DNA of 62,867 bases, counting the filler, from Octopus bimaculoides (taxonomy: Eukaryota), in NCBI RefSeq assembly GCF_001194135.2. It is 4 parts of 4 records of this genome, joined end to end, with 100 filler letters (N's around TTAATTAATTAA, not from the genome) between each part and the next. Parts side by side here need not be neighbours in the genome. Positions count along the whole stretch, not along the records: positions 21,821 to 49,267 come from NC_068983.1; positions 49,368 to 53,455 come from NW_026322893.1; positions 53,556 to 62,867 come from NC_069004.1; 1 more part is not named here. The stretch is one strand, 5' to 3'. The notes beneath the pieces were generated by a model. The model searched no databases, was not told where the DNA came from, and worked only from the letters and a program-made list of their open reading frames with translations. The first letter of the stretch is position 1; the number at the start of each line of letters is the position of its first letter. Both the position numbers and the translations under genes were made by a program. Positions 42,298-55,512 of the stretch are shown here, one piece after another.

Positions 42298-44808
42298 NNN
42301 NNNNNNNNNNNNNNNNNNNNNNNNNNNNNNNNNNNNNNNNNNNNNNNNNNNNNNNNNNNNNNNNNNNNNNNNNNNNNNNNNNNNNNNNNNNNNNNNNNNN
42401 NNNNNNNNNNNNNNNNNNNNNNNNNNNNNNNNNNNNNNNNNNNNNNNNNNNNNNNNNNNNNNNNNNNNNNNNNNNNNNNNNNNNNNNNNNNNNNNNNNNN
42501 NNNNNNNNNNNNNNNNNNNNNNNNNNNNNNNNNNNNNNNNNNNNNNNNNNNNNNNNNNNNNNNNNNNNNNNNNNNNNNNNNNNNNNNNNNNNNNNNNNNN
42601 NNNNNNNNNNNNNNNNNNNNNNNNNNNNNNNNNNNNNNNNNNNNNNNNNNNNNNNNNNNNNNNNNNNNNNNNNNNNNNNNNNNNATATATATATATATAT
42701 ATATACATGCATACATACATACATGTACGAACATTATACTGCGGATTGGACTCAGAATGCATTTTTTGGTAGTGGGTTGCACTGTATTCAATAGTCATAT
42801 ATCATATCTGATATGGAGTTCAATTGTAATCAATTTCGATGTAATCTGACCCATTACTAAACATGTGCTATTGAAAATATGTACTTTTATCACCTCTTCG
42901 TATTCCGATATAACCCCTATAATATATTCTAGATTTAGCTGATTCGGCGTAGGAACCTGTATGTTGTCATAGAACTTGCTAGAAAGATTAGCTAAATACA
43001 GGATATAACCTTTAAAATTAAAGTTCATACAATGCTTTAATAAAAGATTATATAATTGCAATTGTATCACATTTGGTCATAGTTCTATCTGATAAGGTTT
43101 GTTTCGATGCTAAGCAAAAAATGAAATGCGAAAATTCCGTTTGATTCTGATAATGGCTTCATGGTGTGTTGGAAGTTTAGTCAGGTTACTCTCCCTATTT
43201 AATGGACAAGTGATGAAAAAGAACAAAATCTTAACTGCTTTATGGAGCTTTTAGCAATTTATTTCATAGATACGCTTGGTGCATGTAAGTGCATGTGTGC
43301 GTTCGCGCGTGTGCATTTGTCTGTGCGTACGTGTTTGTAGCTACAAAACTTATGATCTCAAACTTTTCAATCTAATATAAATCCAAATGTTATCATTCAA
43401 AATAAAGCGCAATTAAACTGACAAAACAGGGAATCAGTCATTAGAAACTAATTGAACTCACCACCCAGCCATGTAAGAAAAGCGAATGAAATTATGGCTA
43501 TTATCTCTCCTTCGATTCACTTTATATGCTAACTTTTGTTCTTTAGTGATATTTTTATTAGAATTCACTACAAAAGTTTATAGCGAATAAAACATTACAA
43601 TTACAATCTGTCTTTATAGCACATGTTCGGGGGTACTAATGGAAAACATTTACTTTAAACATGTGCCCTACTAAAATAAATTGTAATTAACCTTACTGCG
43701 AGTATGAATAATTAACTGTAGTTAATTTGTTGCATGATGGATTTTAATGGAATTCGTTACAATCGATAAAGGATAGTGGATTTTAAAGTGATAAACTTAA
43801 ATGGTCTATATATAATTTAAACAAACTCAAGGGAGACTGCCAACTCATAGTAATTGCAACCTATTAATAAAATCATTAAGTAGAAGAGCAGTCATGAGAA
43901 AGATAAAGTACTTCGTCAGCATATAGCATATTTTTCGTTCCCTTTTATTGATGTAATTTAAACCCAGGTTTTACCTGATCGAGCCGAGCTATCTTCAAAG
44001 ACATTTATGCCATATCAATTCCACGTTATTATCAGGAATTGTGTATCTAGAAACACATGATCCAATATTGTTTTCTGTTTGATAAAAAGAGGATTTGAGG
44101 AGAATCAGATGCTATTTTGTCAACTAGATTAAAAATATAAACGTTTTTCTTTTTCTTTGCTCTTTTTATTTTGGAGCGATTTCATTAAATGCGGCTTAGT
44201 TTACCAAATATGTAAAACTCTTTTGTTATGCAAAACAAAATTAATAAAGTGTTTAACGCGGAAGATATTTTAATTTTAAATATATATATCCGTACAAACA
44301 TAAGAGGAATACAGTTATTGAGCTATGAATTCTCCAATTTGTTCTCATAAATTTTTCATTGACACTTCTATATCTCCTTGGGCGATTATCCGTATTCTTT
44401 TACGTAGTTACCTGAGTCACCGTTTTAGTCAATGGCATGAAAGTATATGAGTGTTAAAATATTACATTTGTTTATCCCTCTACGATCCTAGTTCAAATAT
44501 TGCTGAAATCGATTATGAAGGGTTCAATAAAATATCTACCAATCGAGTAGTAGGCTGGAAATTATCCACTATTATTTCCATGAGTGGACCTGGAACTTAA
44601 AATTTAAAATTAGTTGATACAAAAAACGAGGAAAAAAGGAATGATACGTTTATATCGTCAGAAATAAGCAAGATGTAAGACATCTTGAGAACAAAACATA
44701 GATTCAGAATATTCGATCGTCGTGTGTATCACATTTATTTTACAAAAACGAAATTTACCTCTGTAAAGTATTTCAAAATATACTTGTAATACAGATTATA
44801 AATTATAT

Positions 44809-44962
44809 GTGGCTGTGTGGTAAGTAGCTTGCTTACCAACCACATGGTTCCGGGTTCAGTCCCATTGCGTGCCACCTTGTGCAAGTGTCTTCTAATATAG
44901 CCTCGGGCTGACCGAAGCCTTGTGTGTGGATTTGGTAGAAGGAAACTGAAAGAATCCCGTCG

Positions 44963-44999
<37 letters not shown>

Positions 45000-45223
45000 T
45001 TGTATGTTTGGGTGTCTGTGTGTGTGTGTCCCAACATCGCTTGACAACCGATGCTGGTGTGTTTAAGTCCCCGTAACTTAGCAGTTCGGCAAAAGAGAAT
45101 GATAGAATAAGTACTAGGCTTACAAAGAATAAGTCTTGGGGTCGATTTGCTCGACTAAAGGCGGTGCTCCAGCATGGTCACAGTCAAATGACTGAAACAA
45201 GTAAAGGAGTAAAGAGTAAAAGA
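44809..45223 (+). mobile_element. SINE family A, full length
   Basis: Same head, body and tail as 7225-7618, with a central (TA)n(TG)n. Confidence 0.9.
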
Positions 45224-45809
45224 GGAAGACAACTATTTTGCAGCGTGAATCATGGTGAGGGGACACCATTATTTAGAGGAAGTATGTAATGCACAATCTT
45301 TTGTATAGACGCTAACTCTGAAAATGTTGACTGGTAAAGAAAGGTAATGAATACCAAATGGGCTTAAATTATGAGCTACTGAGTAAAATTTAAATGAAAT
45401 TGATATACAAATTCTATATGTTAATTTGTTGTATATAATTAACGTTGAGAACAGCTTATGGGTGTGTGTGTGTACTTGTGTACTTCGTAGTGTATGTCTA
45501 CTTCAATCAATAGTATTTTATTCATTATCCCACTAAGTACGTCAATGATGTAATTCTGGGCTGTCATTAACCGCAAATATTTCGGAGAATCATAAGATAT
45601 CTGATACGCTGTTCATGACTTTCTCATTAATAAATGAAGCTAATTGGAAGACCGACACTCTGAAAGAGAGTCAGAGTTTCACTTACTTCCTACTAGCTTA
45701 CACTTCTCTTGCAATCCTAATAATGCTGGCAAAATAACATCAACGAATATATTCAACAAATATAAGGGTAGCTATTAGTCAAGTTAGAAAATTGATAAAT
45801 GTGACTCAC

Positions 45810-45919
45810 TTGTTATAAAGAACAATGTCTGGTAGCCAAAGCAATCTTGCTGGAATACGGACAATAGACATATCACCAAAGTCAGACTGGTTCCAACTTA
45901 TGCGTTCGTCCTTCCATTC
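45810..45919 (-). CDS. Exon of a nicotinic acetylcholine receptor (Cys-loop ligand-gated ion channel) subunit, loop A region
   Basis: Acceptor ttttgtttttatgcAG|GAA and donor AACAA|GTGAGT; exactly 110 nt, phase 0 to 2. Reads EWKDERISWNQSDFGDMSIVRIPARLLWLPDIVLYN(N/K). Both the motif and the 110-bp size are conserved in nAChR genes. Not in the ORF track. Confidence 0.93.
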
Positions 45920-46159
45920 CTGCATAAAAACAAAATTAATGACCATAATATTTATGTTTTACATACATCATATAAAGATATACATATATATATACGGCAA
46001 GAAGAAATTGGAGACACAGAAATAGTATACATCAACTGTTAGACATTATATAATGTATTTTTATTTATTTATTCTAAAACATTTATGAGAATATATACAT
46101 ATGTAAATACTGTGTATTATATACGTACCAGTAATTCATAGAATAGAAAAGGAACAGCT

Positions 46160-46271
46160 CCTTACGGCCGTTTCTGTCAAGAGGACACAATACACTACAT
46201 GTTATTTCCATCACTTCAGTGTTCTGTAGTGATCGGTAGATAAAATTAGGGTATTGAGTGTGCCTCTAGGC
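46160..46271 (+). repeat. Unclassified interspersed repeat, copy 2
   Basis: See 13394-13505. Confidence 0.6.
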
Positions 46272-46339
46272 TTCGCGAGTTTAAAAGAGGGTCCAAAAAG
46301 GGCTAATGTATGTATATATAAATATACATATACACACTC

Positions 46340-46400
<61 letters not shown>

Positions 46401-46802
46401 CATATATATGCATATACACATATACATATAATATACATAAGAATCAGTTACCAGTAGGTACAGTACATTACTCCTATTAAAGAGTGTATAAGAAAAGTAA
46501 AATTGAGAGCAAAATAGAAGAAAGTACTAGAGTTTGAGAGGAGTACAACTTTGTAGAAAGGAAAAGGTATTTGAAATAAATTATAAAGATATCTGAAATA
46601 AATTATTTGCTTTTCTAAGTTGTCGTTATTCATCGCTAAAACTATATTCATAAAATATAGAATATTAAATATACAGCATTACATGCATGGCACTGTGTAA
46701 TAGTGTTTAATTTATATATATAAATTCATGCTCAAGTCGAATGGATAATACTTTATATTGTTATTACTCAGTATATATACATATATATATATATGCATAT
46801 AT

Positions 46803-48015
46803 AAGGGGCGTAATGGGTAAGTTGTCGCCATTTCATATGTTAAATTTCGCGCATGGGCATTGCTTGTTTTCAGTTTTGTCGACTACATAGTATCGTAGTA
46901 TCAGTTGGGTTCCGCCTGTGAGAAACATAGCACCATCACGCAATTCACTCTGCCAGAAATTTGAAAACGACATGCTGTACTGATTGGCATTCGCACCGTA
47001 AGCTCCAATACGAGCAATTCTGAGTGTTTGGGTGTCAATCTGAGAACATTTCAGTAGATTCGGAAAAGGTTGGATTAGTCTAATGGTGATTACAAAGGTA
47101 CGGCCACTCGGAAGACTCACTCTGATTGTTCTGATAAGAAAAGAACTCCTCAATGTGTTGGTAAGATCCGAGACTGGATTGACAGCGATCCCTGCAAGTC
47201 AATTAAGTCAATTGCCAGGGACATAGGAGCGTCTTAGTCAGGCAGTACACCAAGCCATCAAGGACAAGAAGAAGGACCACGCTACGCAGGTTTTGAAGTA
47301 ACTCAATCATTCCCTCCAAACGAACATGATTTGGTTTCACTCAGAGGAGGCAAATTCCTGCTAGGATCAGATGGGGCACTCACAGAACAACCATTGGCTT
47401 TCCATGTCCTCAAAACATGTACCGAGATTGATAAAAATCGTACATGCATTCAGTATTATGGTGTTTGGAGTGATCATTAGTGATGGCGACGTTATGCCTC
47501 TATTCATCTTTCCCCACGGCCTACATCAAGTGACTGGAGGAGGTAGTGCTGCCCTGGGTCGAGAGGGTGCGTACTGGAAGACCCCCATCTCTAGCAAAAG
47601 GACTCTACACCATGCCACACAAGCAGGAAAACACTGTCATGGCTGTCAAAATATTTCTGCAATCACATCACCCCTAACCTCTGGCCAACTAAATTCCCAG
47701 ACTGCAACCCCGTTGGTTATTATGTGTGGGGCGCAGCTAAGTGAGAACATCAAAACTTCTTGTAACACCAAAGATGAACTGAAGGCGAGGATTATGGCAG
47801 TATTGACCAACTTAAACAAGGTGACCATCCAGAAGAGTTTCAGAGGATTCCGAAGTCGTCAGGAGGCTGTTGTTGAATCCAATGCCTATTTTATTGAATA
47901 AATTTACTCTTCAGTACTTCAAAATATTTTAATGTATTTTTGGTAAATATTTTGCTAATATGAGATGTATTATTTTCACTCTTGCGTAATTTAGACGACG
48001 ATTTATTCACCTTGC
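46803..48015 (+). mobile_element. Decayed Tc1/mariner-superfamily element, maT (DD37D)-like
   Basis: HTH (KSIKSIARDIGAS), IMVFGVIISDG, and QKD-STPCHTSRKTLSWLSKYFCNHITPNLWPTKFPDCNPV-G-YYVWG, with 37 residues between D and the third catalytic position. Several stops and frameshifts; degenerate TIRs. Confidence 0.85.
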
Positions 48016-48028
48016 ATATAAATATATA

Positions 48029-48059
<31 letters not shown>

Positions 48060-48060
<1 letters not shown>

Positions 48061-49267
48061 CATACATACATACATACATATATATACCCCTTCCTAAACG
48101 CACACATACCCACACACAAAAAATACACGCACCCATACACACACATGTAAGCACACCTATCCCCAACACACCACACACATACACCCAAGCATGCACAACC
48201 TTGCACACATACCCCCATTCACAAATACCTCCCACACACCTGACAACCCATACATACCCCCATTCACACATACCTCACACACCTCCCATACACCTACACA
48301 CACACCTCCCACACACCTTACATATATACCGCCCACATACATGACAAACATACATGCGCGCCCTCACACACACATATAGACGAACGCACATATATACACA
48401 CACACACACATATATACGCNNNNNNNNNNNNNNNNNNNNNNNNNNNNNNNNNNNNNNNNNNNNNNNNNNNNNNNNNNNNNNNNNNNNNNNNNNNNNNNNN
48501 NNNNNNNNNNNNNNNNNNNNNNNNNNNNNNNNNNNNNNNNNNNNNNNNNNNNNNNNNNNNNNNNNNNNNNNNNNNNNNNNNNNNNNNNNNNNNNNNNNNN
48601 NNNNNNNNNNNNNNNNNNNNNNNNNNNNNNNNNNNNNNNNNNNNNNNNNNNNNNNNNNNNNNNNNNNNNNNNNNNNNNNNNNNNNNNNNNNNNNNNNNNN
48701 NNNNNNNNNNNNNNNACGCGCACGCCCACATACACAGCCGCATACACATGCACACGCATACACACAGGAGTGCACACACAAAATAACACACATACCTGGC
48801 ACACATCCTTACGCTCTCACACACATACGTACGCACACACATAAACACACACATACGCACCTCTCACATACACAAAACCACACACACACACACACACACA
48901 TACACAACACACATACACATATACACACAGCACACATACACATATACACACATGCACACACGCACACACACCTCTCACATACAAAATACTCACTCACATA
49001 CTTAACACACACACACGAACGAAAACATACACAATATACACATATACGCACGCACAAAAAATACACACACACACGCACACGGAAACACACATACAGACAC
49101 ACATAAACACACACACACACACCCGTACCTAACACTCACAATCCCACACACACACGCACATCCACACACATGCACACACACGCACACACCCACATACACA
49201 CACACACGCACACACACTTTTCACCAACACTACACACTCACACAGACACGCATACAATCACACACAC
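48060..49267. repeat. Long cryptic CA-rich low-complexity tract
   Basis: Degenerate CACA/TACA repeats interrupted by gaps. Confidence 0.9.
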
Positions 49268-49367
49268 NNNNNNNNNNNNNNNNNNNNNNNNNNNNNNNNN
49301 NNNNNNNNNNNTTAATTAATTAANNNNNNNNNNNNNNNNNNNNNNNNNNNNNNNNNNNNNNNNNNNN
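49268..49367. other. Assembly join spacer N44-TTAATTAATTAA-N44
   Basis: Same 100-bp structure. Confidence 0.9.
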
Positions 49368-49399
49368 AATAAACGAAAGGTACCAGTGAATATTTTTAC

Positions 49400-49412
49400 T
49401 AATTAGGTATTA

Positions 49413-49495
<83 letters not shown>

Positions 49496-49528
49496 TGTTT
49501 TGTTTTTACTGTCATCTTCATTGTTACT

Positions 49529-49563
<35 letters not shown>

Positions 49564-49875
49564 TACCACCTGCCTTATCGCGACCATCTCCACCACCATT
49601 AAATCCTCTACCTTTATCTCCTCCCTCAGCATTATCATCACCATCATCATCATCATCACCACCACCACCACCACCACCACCACCACCACCATTAAATCCT
49701 CTACCTTTACCTCCTCCCTCAGCATCATCAGCATCATCATCATCATCACCACCACCACCACCATCACCACTGCCATAATCATCACCATCATTATCATGTT
49801 TTCCTCATCTCTCTGCCCCTCTGGCTAATAAAAGAAATTATTATTATCATTATTATTATTATTATCATTATTATT
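49400..49875. repeat. Compound trinucleotide tract (ATT/AGT/ATC/ACC) with a 93-bp internal tandem duplication
   Basis: caccaccattaaatcctctaccttta.ctcctccctcagcat at 49591 and 49684. Confidence 0.9.
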
Positions 49876-50474
49876 TCTCAAAAGCTGATAAGCTATTTTG
49901 TTTTTTTTCAAAAGGAANNNNNNNNNNNNNNNNNNNNNNNNNNNNNNNNNNNNNNNNNNNNNNNNNNNNNNNNNNNNNNNNNNNNNNNNNNNNNNNNNNN
50001 NNNNNNNNNNNNNNNNNNNNNNNNNNNNNNNNNNNNNNNNNNNNNNNNNNNNNNNNNNNNNNNNNNNNNNNNNNNNNNNNNNNNNNNNNNNNNNNNNNNN
50101 NNNNNNNNNNNNNNNNNNNNNNNNNNNNNNNNNNNNNNNNNNNNNNNNNNNNNNNNNNNNNNNNNNNNNNNNNNNNNNNNNNNNNNNNNNNNNNNNNNNN
50201 NNNNNNNNNNNNNNNNNNNNNNNNAGGAGGCGGAGAGTGGTGATGGAGGGGGGGGGGGCGATGAACGAGAGGAGTGTTTGGTGGGGTCACGTTCGTGACT
50301 CTGTGACGCCACGGTGCCGCCAACGCAACGACGAAGAGCAAGCGTATCGGTGCCAGAGATATCGGAAGAGTTGTTCTCCAATATACCATGTGGCTGGTTG
50401 ACAATGCTAGAAATAGAAGTCAAGTGTCCTTCTTTTCAATTAGATTCTCTTGCCGTATTTTATTTTCATTTTAT

Positions 50475-50540
50475 CTCTTTTTACTCTTGTTTCAGTCATT
50501 TGACTGCGGCCATGCTGGGGCATCGCCTTGAAGGGTTGAA
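50475..50540 (-). mobile_element. SINE family A 3' end fragment
   Basis: ttgtttcagtcatttgactgcggccatgctggggca matches the 3' terminus. Confidence 0.8.
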
Positions 50541-50822
50541 TATATATTCTAAATCCGCAACCTTTTTTCTTTTTTTTTCACTTGCAGTACACTCGTATTC
50601 TTCTCAAAATTCTGCGGCACGCCTGAACAAAAAAAACTATGACCAAAAGTACAGAGAAAGCATCATAGCACACCGATGTGCCGCAGCATACCGGTTGCGG
50701 AGCACTGTTCTATATAATTGATACGGAAGATAGAGTATGCACGAAACAGCATCACCAAATAAAGTTTCTAATATACTCCATCTTTCGTATTAATTATTTA
50801 AGATATATGTATATATAGTCAC

Positions 50823-51108
50823 AGGAGTAGCTGTGTGGTAAGAAGCTTGCTTCTCAACCACACGGTTCCGGGTTCGGTCCAACTGCGTGACACCTTGGCC
50901 AAGTATCTTCTGCTATAACCCCGTGTCTAATGAATGGATTTGCCAGACGGAAACATATATATTGAAGCAGATGTGTCTATCTGATGAAACATCATTACAT
51001 ATGTAAACGGATTTGATTATTCTTGAAAAACTTCGTTTAATTAATGAAGAGGTTTTTATTCCCATGCTGGCCACTTGATAAGATCGGTATTCTAAATAAC
51101 GATCTTAT

Positions 51109-51149
<41 letters not shown>

Positions 51150-51370
51150 GTGTGTGGGTCTTTGTGTCTGTTTGTCCTCCCACCATCACTTGACAACCGA
51201 TGTTGGTGTGTTCACGTCCCCATGACATAACGATTCGACGGCCAAAGAAACCTATAGAATAAGTACTAGGCTTACAATGAATAAGTTCTGGGGCCGATTA
51301 CTTCGAGCAAGACCCTTCGAGGCAGTGTTCCAGCATGGTCACAATCAAATGACTGAAACCTGTAAAAGAA
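50823..51370 (+). mobile_element. SINE family A interrupted by a ~150-bp insertion in its central microsatellite
   Basis: 5' half 50823-50955, unrelated sequence ~50960-51110, (TA)n, 3' half 51145-51370. Confidence 0.85.
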
Positions 51371-51881
51371 CGTGTGTGTGAGTGTGTGTGTGTGAGTGTG
51401 TGTGTGTGAGTGTGTGTGTGTAGTGGTTAGCGAGTGAGCGCTGCTTTTCGTTGTTAATGAAACGTGCGTAAGACGATTTAACAGTTTTACGATCTGACTG
51501 CTTTGTGTATAAAGTGTGATGTGTTTATCTGTGTGTTTATCTCCTTTATCTCTATACAAGTGGTATTTAACAGCTACACACCTGCTTGTGGGTGTATATA
51601 TATGTATATAAATGCAACTATGTGTACATCAACGGAAATGTGCCAGCATGTATGTATACATGTTTTATCTTAAGAGTGTATATATGTATGCTTATGCATG
51701 TCAATATATATACATATGTATAATTCCAGTTACATTGTGAGTGTATAAATGTGGTTTGTATGTTTGTGTATATAGGTGTAAATACACATCTGACGTATAT
51801 ATCGCCCTGACATTAAACACACACACCCTACTCTGTATGTATGTATACGTGTATGTTAATGTGTATATATACATATGTTTG

Positions 51882-51926
<45 letters not shown>

Positions 51927-51936
51927 CTGTATATAT

Positions 51937-51984
<48 letters not shown>

Positions 51985-52350
51985 TTGTGTTTATTGCAGT
52001 CTGTGTATATAGTATTGATATACAATTGCTATTTCACACTTTAACACCTGTGAACATGCATATTAGTGTATATACGTGTGTGTGAATATATATACATATA
52101 TGTATATATATATATATATATGTGCTCTGTACATTCTTATCGCCTTGCATACATATGCCAAGTTTTGTGTATACAAACACATACACGCATGTAATATATA
52201 AACATAGATAGGTAGATGTAGAATGCATCTTTATAGACGTATATATATATATATGCATATGATCCTGTGTGGGTATATATAATATATATATATATAGGTA
52301 TTTGTGTGTGTGCGTGTATGCATAATATATGTACATATAACTTATATATA

Positions 52351-52434
52351 GTGGCTGTGTGGTAAGAAGCTTGCTTACCAACAACATGGTTCCAGGTTCA
52401 GTCCCACTGCGTGGCACCTTGGGTGTCTTCTGCC
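52351..52434 (+). mobile_element. SINE family A head fragment
   Basis: GTGGCTGTGTGGTAAGAAGCTTGCTT...GGCACCTTGGG. Confidence 0.85.
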
Positions 52435-52852
52435 AGTCTTATATATATATATTAGGGTGAAGTGAATTTGAAGTCTTACAGCCGTTTCTAGATAACCCAA
52501 GTGGTAGGTTAGCATGTCCATACACTGGGTATTCCTTCTGAAAGATTCCTGGCTTTGGTCACAAGAAAATACAGAAGGATCAGTTAATTATGATTATATC
52601 CAATATATTCTCCTCTCAGATTCACACACTTAATGCAGCGGCCCTTCAGTTTTTCTAAGCCCTGTCAAAGAACTTGGAAGCCAGGAACTTTTCAGCACTC
52701 TTTCGTATATACATGTACATAGTTATTTACGGCATATATATATTGTATATATACTGATATACATACAAGAATACCGATACATGTATACACAAACGTCCGT
52801 GCTTGCGTATTCGTGTGCATCTATATACGCATCTCAGTGTGTATGTCTGTAA

Positions 52853-52911
<59 letters not shown>

Positions 52912-53455
52912 CATACATATACACACACCAACATTCAGCTTAACTCTAATTAAGGAACAGAGCTGCTTAAGCTCCTTAATTAAGTTCAAGTACGACAGTT
53001 TTTAATGACATACAAGGCAGCTGGTGTGTGTATATATACAATGACAGATGTATGTATACATGTGTGTGTGTGTGTGTATATGTATGTATACATCCATCCA
53101 TGTACGTCTATGTCTATGAACAGTCTTTCGGTAAAAGTTCATGACGTCATGCGCTGAGCAATTACATTACACGCGCACGACTAACGTCATAACAATAGAA
53201 TTGAGAGCGACTCTGACGCAGGTTAAACAGAGCGAAACTTCGAAGTCACTGTTGACACTATTCTTGTGAAAATAATGTATACTCTATAGAAAGTATTGAG
53301 CACTCTAAACGCGCGCGCACACACACACACATACACACTCTATGTCCATAAAATATGTTTACAGTATGTAGTTTGAAAATACAGAAGTTGTAAAGATAAT
53401 TTAGATAATTTATACACATCCTGTATAGGTACGATTTGCTATATATGTGTATATG

Positions 53456-53555
53456 NNNNNNNNNNNNNNNNNNNNNNNNNNNNNNNNNNNNNNNNNNNNT
53501 TAATTAATTAANNNNNNNNNNNNNNNNNNNNNNNNNNNNNNNNNNNNNNNNNNNN
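53456..53555. other. Assembly join spacer N44-TTAATTAATTAA-N44
   Basis: Same 100-bp structure. Confidence 0.9.
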
Positions 53556-53595
<40 letters not shown>

Positions 53596-54175
53596 TAGAT
53601 GGATGGATAGATAAATAAAACTTACTTGGAAAACTATGCGTGGCGTTAAATCATGTAATAATATAATAATATAAATAATATATATATATTTGGTTTTTTG
53701 AAGCACCACACAAATAATTCTCTTAGAAAACCATAGATCAGGTTTCTGAAGCAAAGAATATAAAGGGACGCAGGCGCTGCCCTTCCCTGTCTTAGCGAAA
53801 TATATGTATTTATATAATATACGATTATTATTTACAATGGTTAAAGTAGTGTCATATGTTGTAACGGCATTCTTGTTAGCTGAGTCTGCTCAAAGTTGCA
53901 GTATCTCTACTTACGACCACAATGCCGTTGGAAATAGCAGACGGGTTACACCTCCTTTCCTTCGACCCGTCGAAGTTATACAGGAAATGTCACTGTTTCT
54001 TGGATAATTTTAATGAGAAATAATTTTGCTTTATTAATCACCGGACAAAATGGCGAGGAATAAATGTTGACTTTTTACCCTTCTTATTTTCCAAATAACC
54101 GAGTAGAAGATCTACAAACTCATGTAATGTTGAAATGATTCAACCGAGGCCCCCTAATATATATANNNNNNNNNN

Positions 54176-55412
54176 TTTGGAATGTAGATAAAGAAAACAA
54201 AGTCAGATTTTAAACCTGAGAAAGTCTTGCATAGTTTTACTGTTCCGCTTACAGATTGTATTTGTGACGTGCGAATCAGTTGATTGATTTCTTTTTCTGA
54301 AAATCCAAGCTTATCCAGATTGACAATGCTCCAATTATCATTGTTATAAATGTAAATTTGTAATCCGGATATAGAAGCTGGACGTTTCGAAGTAGTTGTC
54401 TTTAGTTTATCTTTTTTCTCTTTGATTTCCAAAGAGATATTCACATCAGCAGGACACTTTACCTCTTTGATAGTACATACTTTTCCCGGTCTGTCCCAAA
54501 CAACAATATCCGGCCCGTTATGCTTACACTTGACAGATGTGTTGATGCGAATGTTCCAGCAGTATCCTTTGTATTGATATGTGTGTACGAATTTAATAAG
54601 GAGATTCTCCATATTTATTCTAGTACAGTCTTTTTTTCTTTTCCGAATGACATTGTATATTGTTCTTGCGACAGCGTCATGCCACATAAGGTGACATTTT
54701 GGGGAAACTGCTAATCATATGTGTGATATCTTCCCCATAAATTTACGGTTGCATCTTGGAACTCCAAGGGCTTCACTGTCTCTCTTGATTAGGTATTTGG
54801 TAGCAGTCTCCTGTTCTTGGATTGCAAATGCATAACCTTCGAAATGTGATGTGATGTAGCGGTCACGAGTCCAAGAAAGGCTTCGCTTCATCTTAATGTC
54901 ACTATTTTCTTCAAGTCTTCAAGAAACATACCTATGCATGATATTTTTGATATGCTGAGCGTTTCTCTACCAGGTCTTCTTTGTGGTATGCTAGTCCGAC
55001 TGATTTCAGGTTGTATGGAAGGTCATCAGGTACAGAGTACTTCCTGAGGAACTCACTTCTATCACATAAGATATTGTTTTCTACACTTTTCGGAACTAAG
55101 TGCATTTATTTTTGTTGCTGTTGTTTAGCAAGTGCAGTCTCAAAGAGACTATGTGATATTCGAAGGCTGTCTGCATCGATCACAAGCCCGTACTTCCTTT
55201 CTCTCTTCCGAGATAGAACTTCTCAATATCATTATTTTTGTGGAGTTTTCTTATAGATGTTAGAATCTTGTAGGTTTTAATGTTTATGGAGAGGATTGCT
55301 TCTACAGACCACTCAGGTATCCCAAATGTTGGAATCAGCACTGGTACTGCCAAATGCATTGTAGATAGTGTTCTTGCAGTTTATGGCAATTCTACAGTTT
55401 TTCATCCAGTGG
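54176..55412 (-). mobile_element. R4/Dong-like RLE-type non-LTR retrotransposon, 3' part
   Basis: Decayed RT thumb, FAIQEQE.ATKY, WHDAVA (RHD motif), PDIVVWDR...EVKCPAD...KEKKDK (PD-(D/E)xK endonuclease) and QSVSGTVKLCKTF. Confidence 0.85.
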
Positions 55413-55512
55413 NNNNNNNNNNNNNNNNNNNNNNNNNNNNNNNNNNNNNNNNNNNNNNNNNNNNNNNNNNNNNNNNNNNNNNNNNNNNNNNNNNNNNNNN
55501 NNNNNNNNNNNN

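Noticed and set aside
42795-43070. 91-aa minus ORF as an nAChR exon
   Set aside because: Lacks RPV, Cys-loop or TM motifs and has no good donor.
44405-44425. GDSG|gt, resembling a serine protease active-site motif for the SEA gene
   Set aside because: An in-frame stop lies two codons upstream, and no His/Asp motifs were found.
49399-49797. Poly-Met/Val/Leu and Ser/Pro ORFs
   Set aside because: Translations of trinucleotide microsatellites with no splice support.
53804-54007. Plus ORF with a signal-peptide-like start, and a minus GTAAGT donor at 53914
   Set aside because: No domain motif; the only nearby acceptor is purine-rich; no frame gives recognisable protein.
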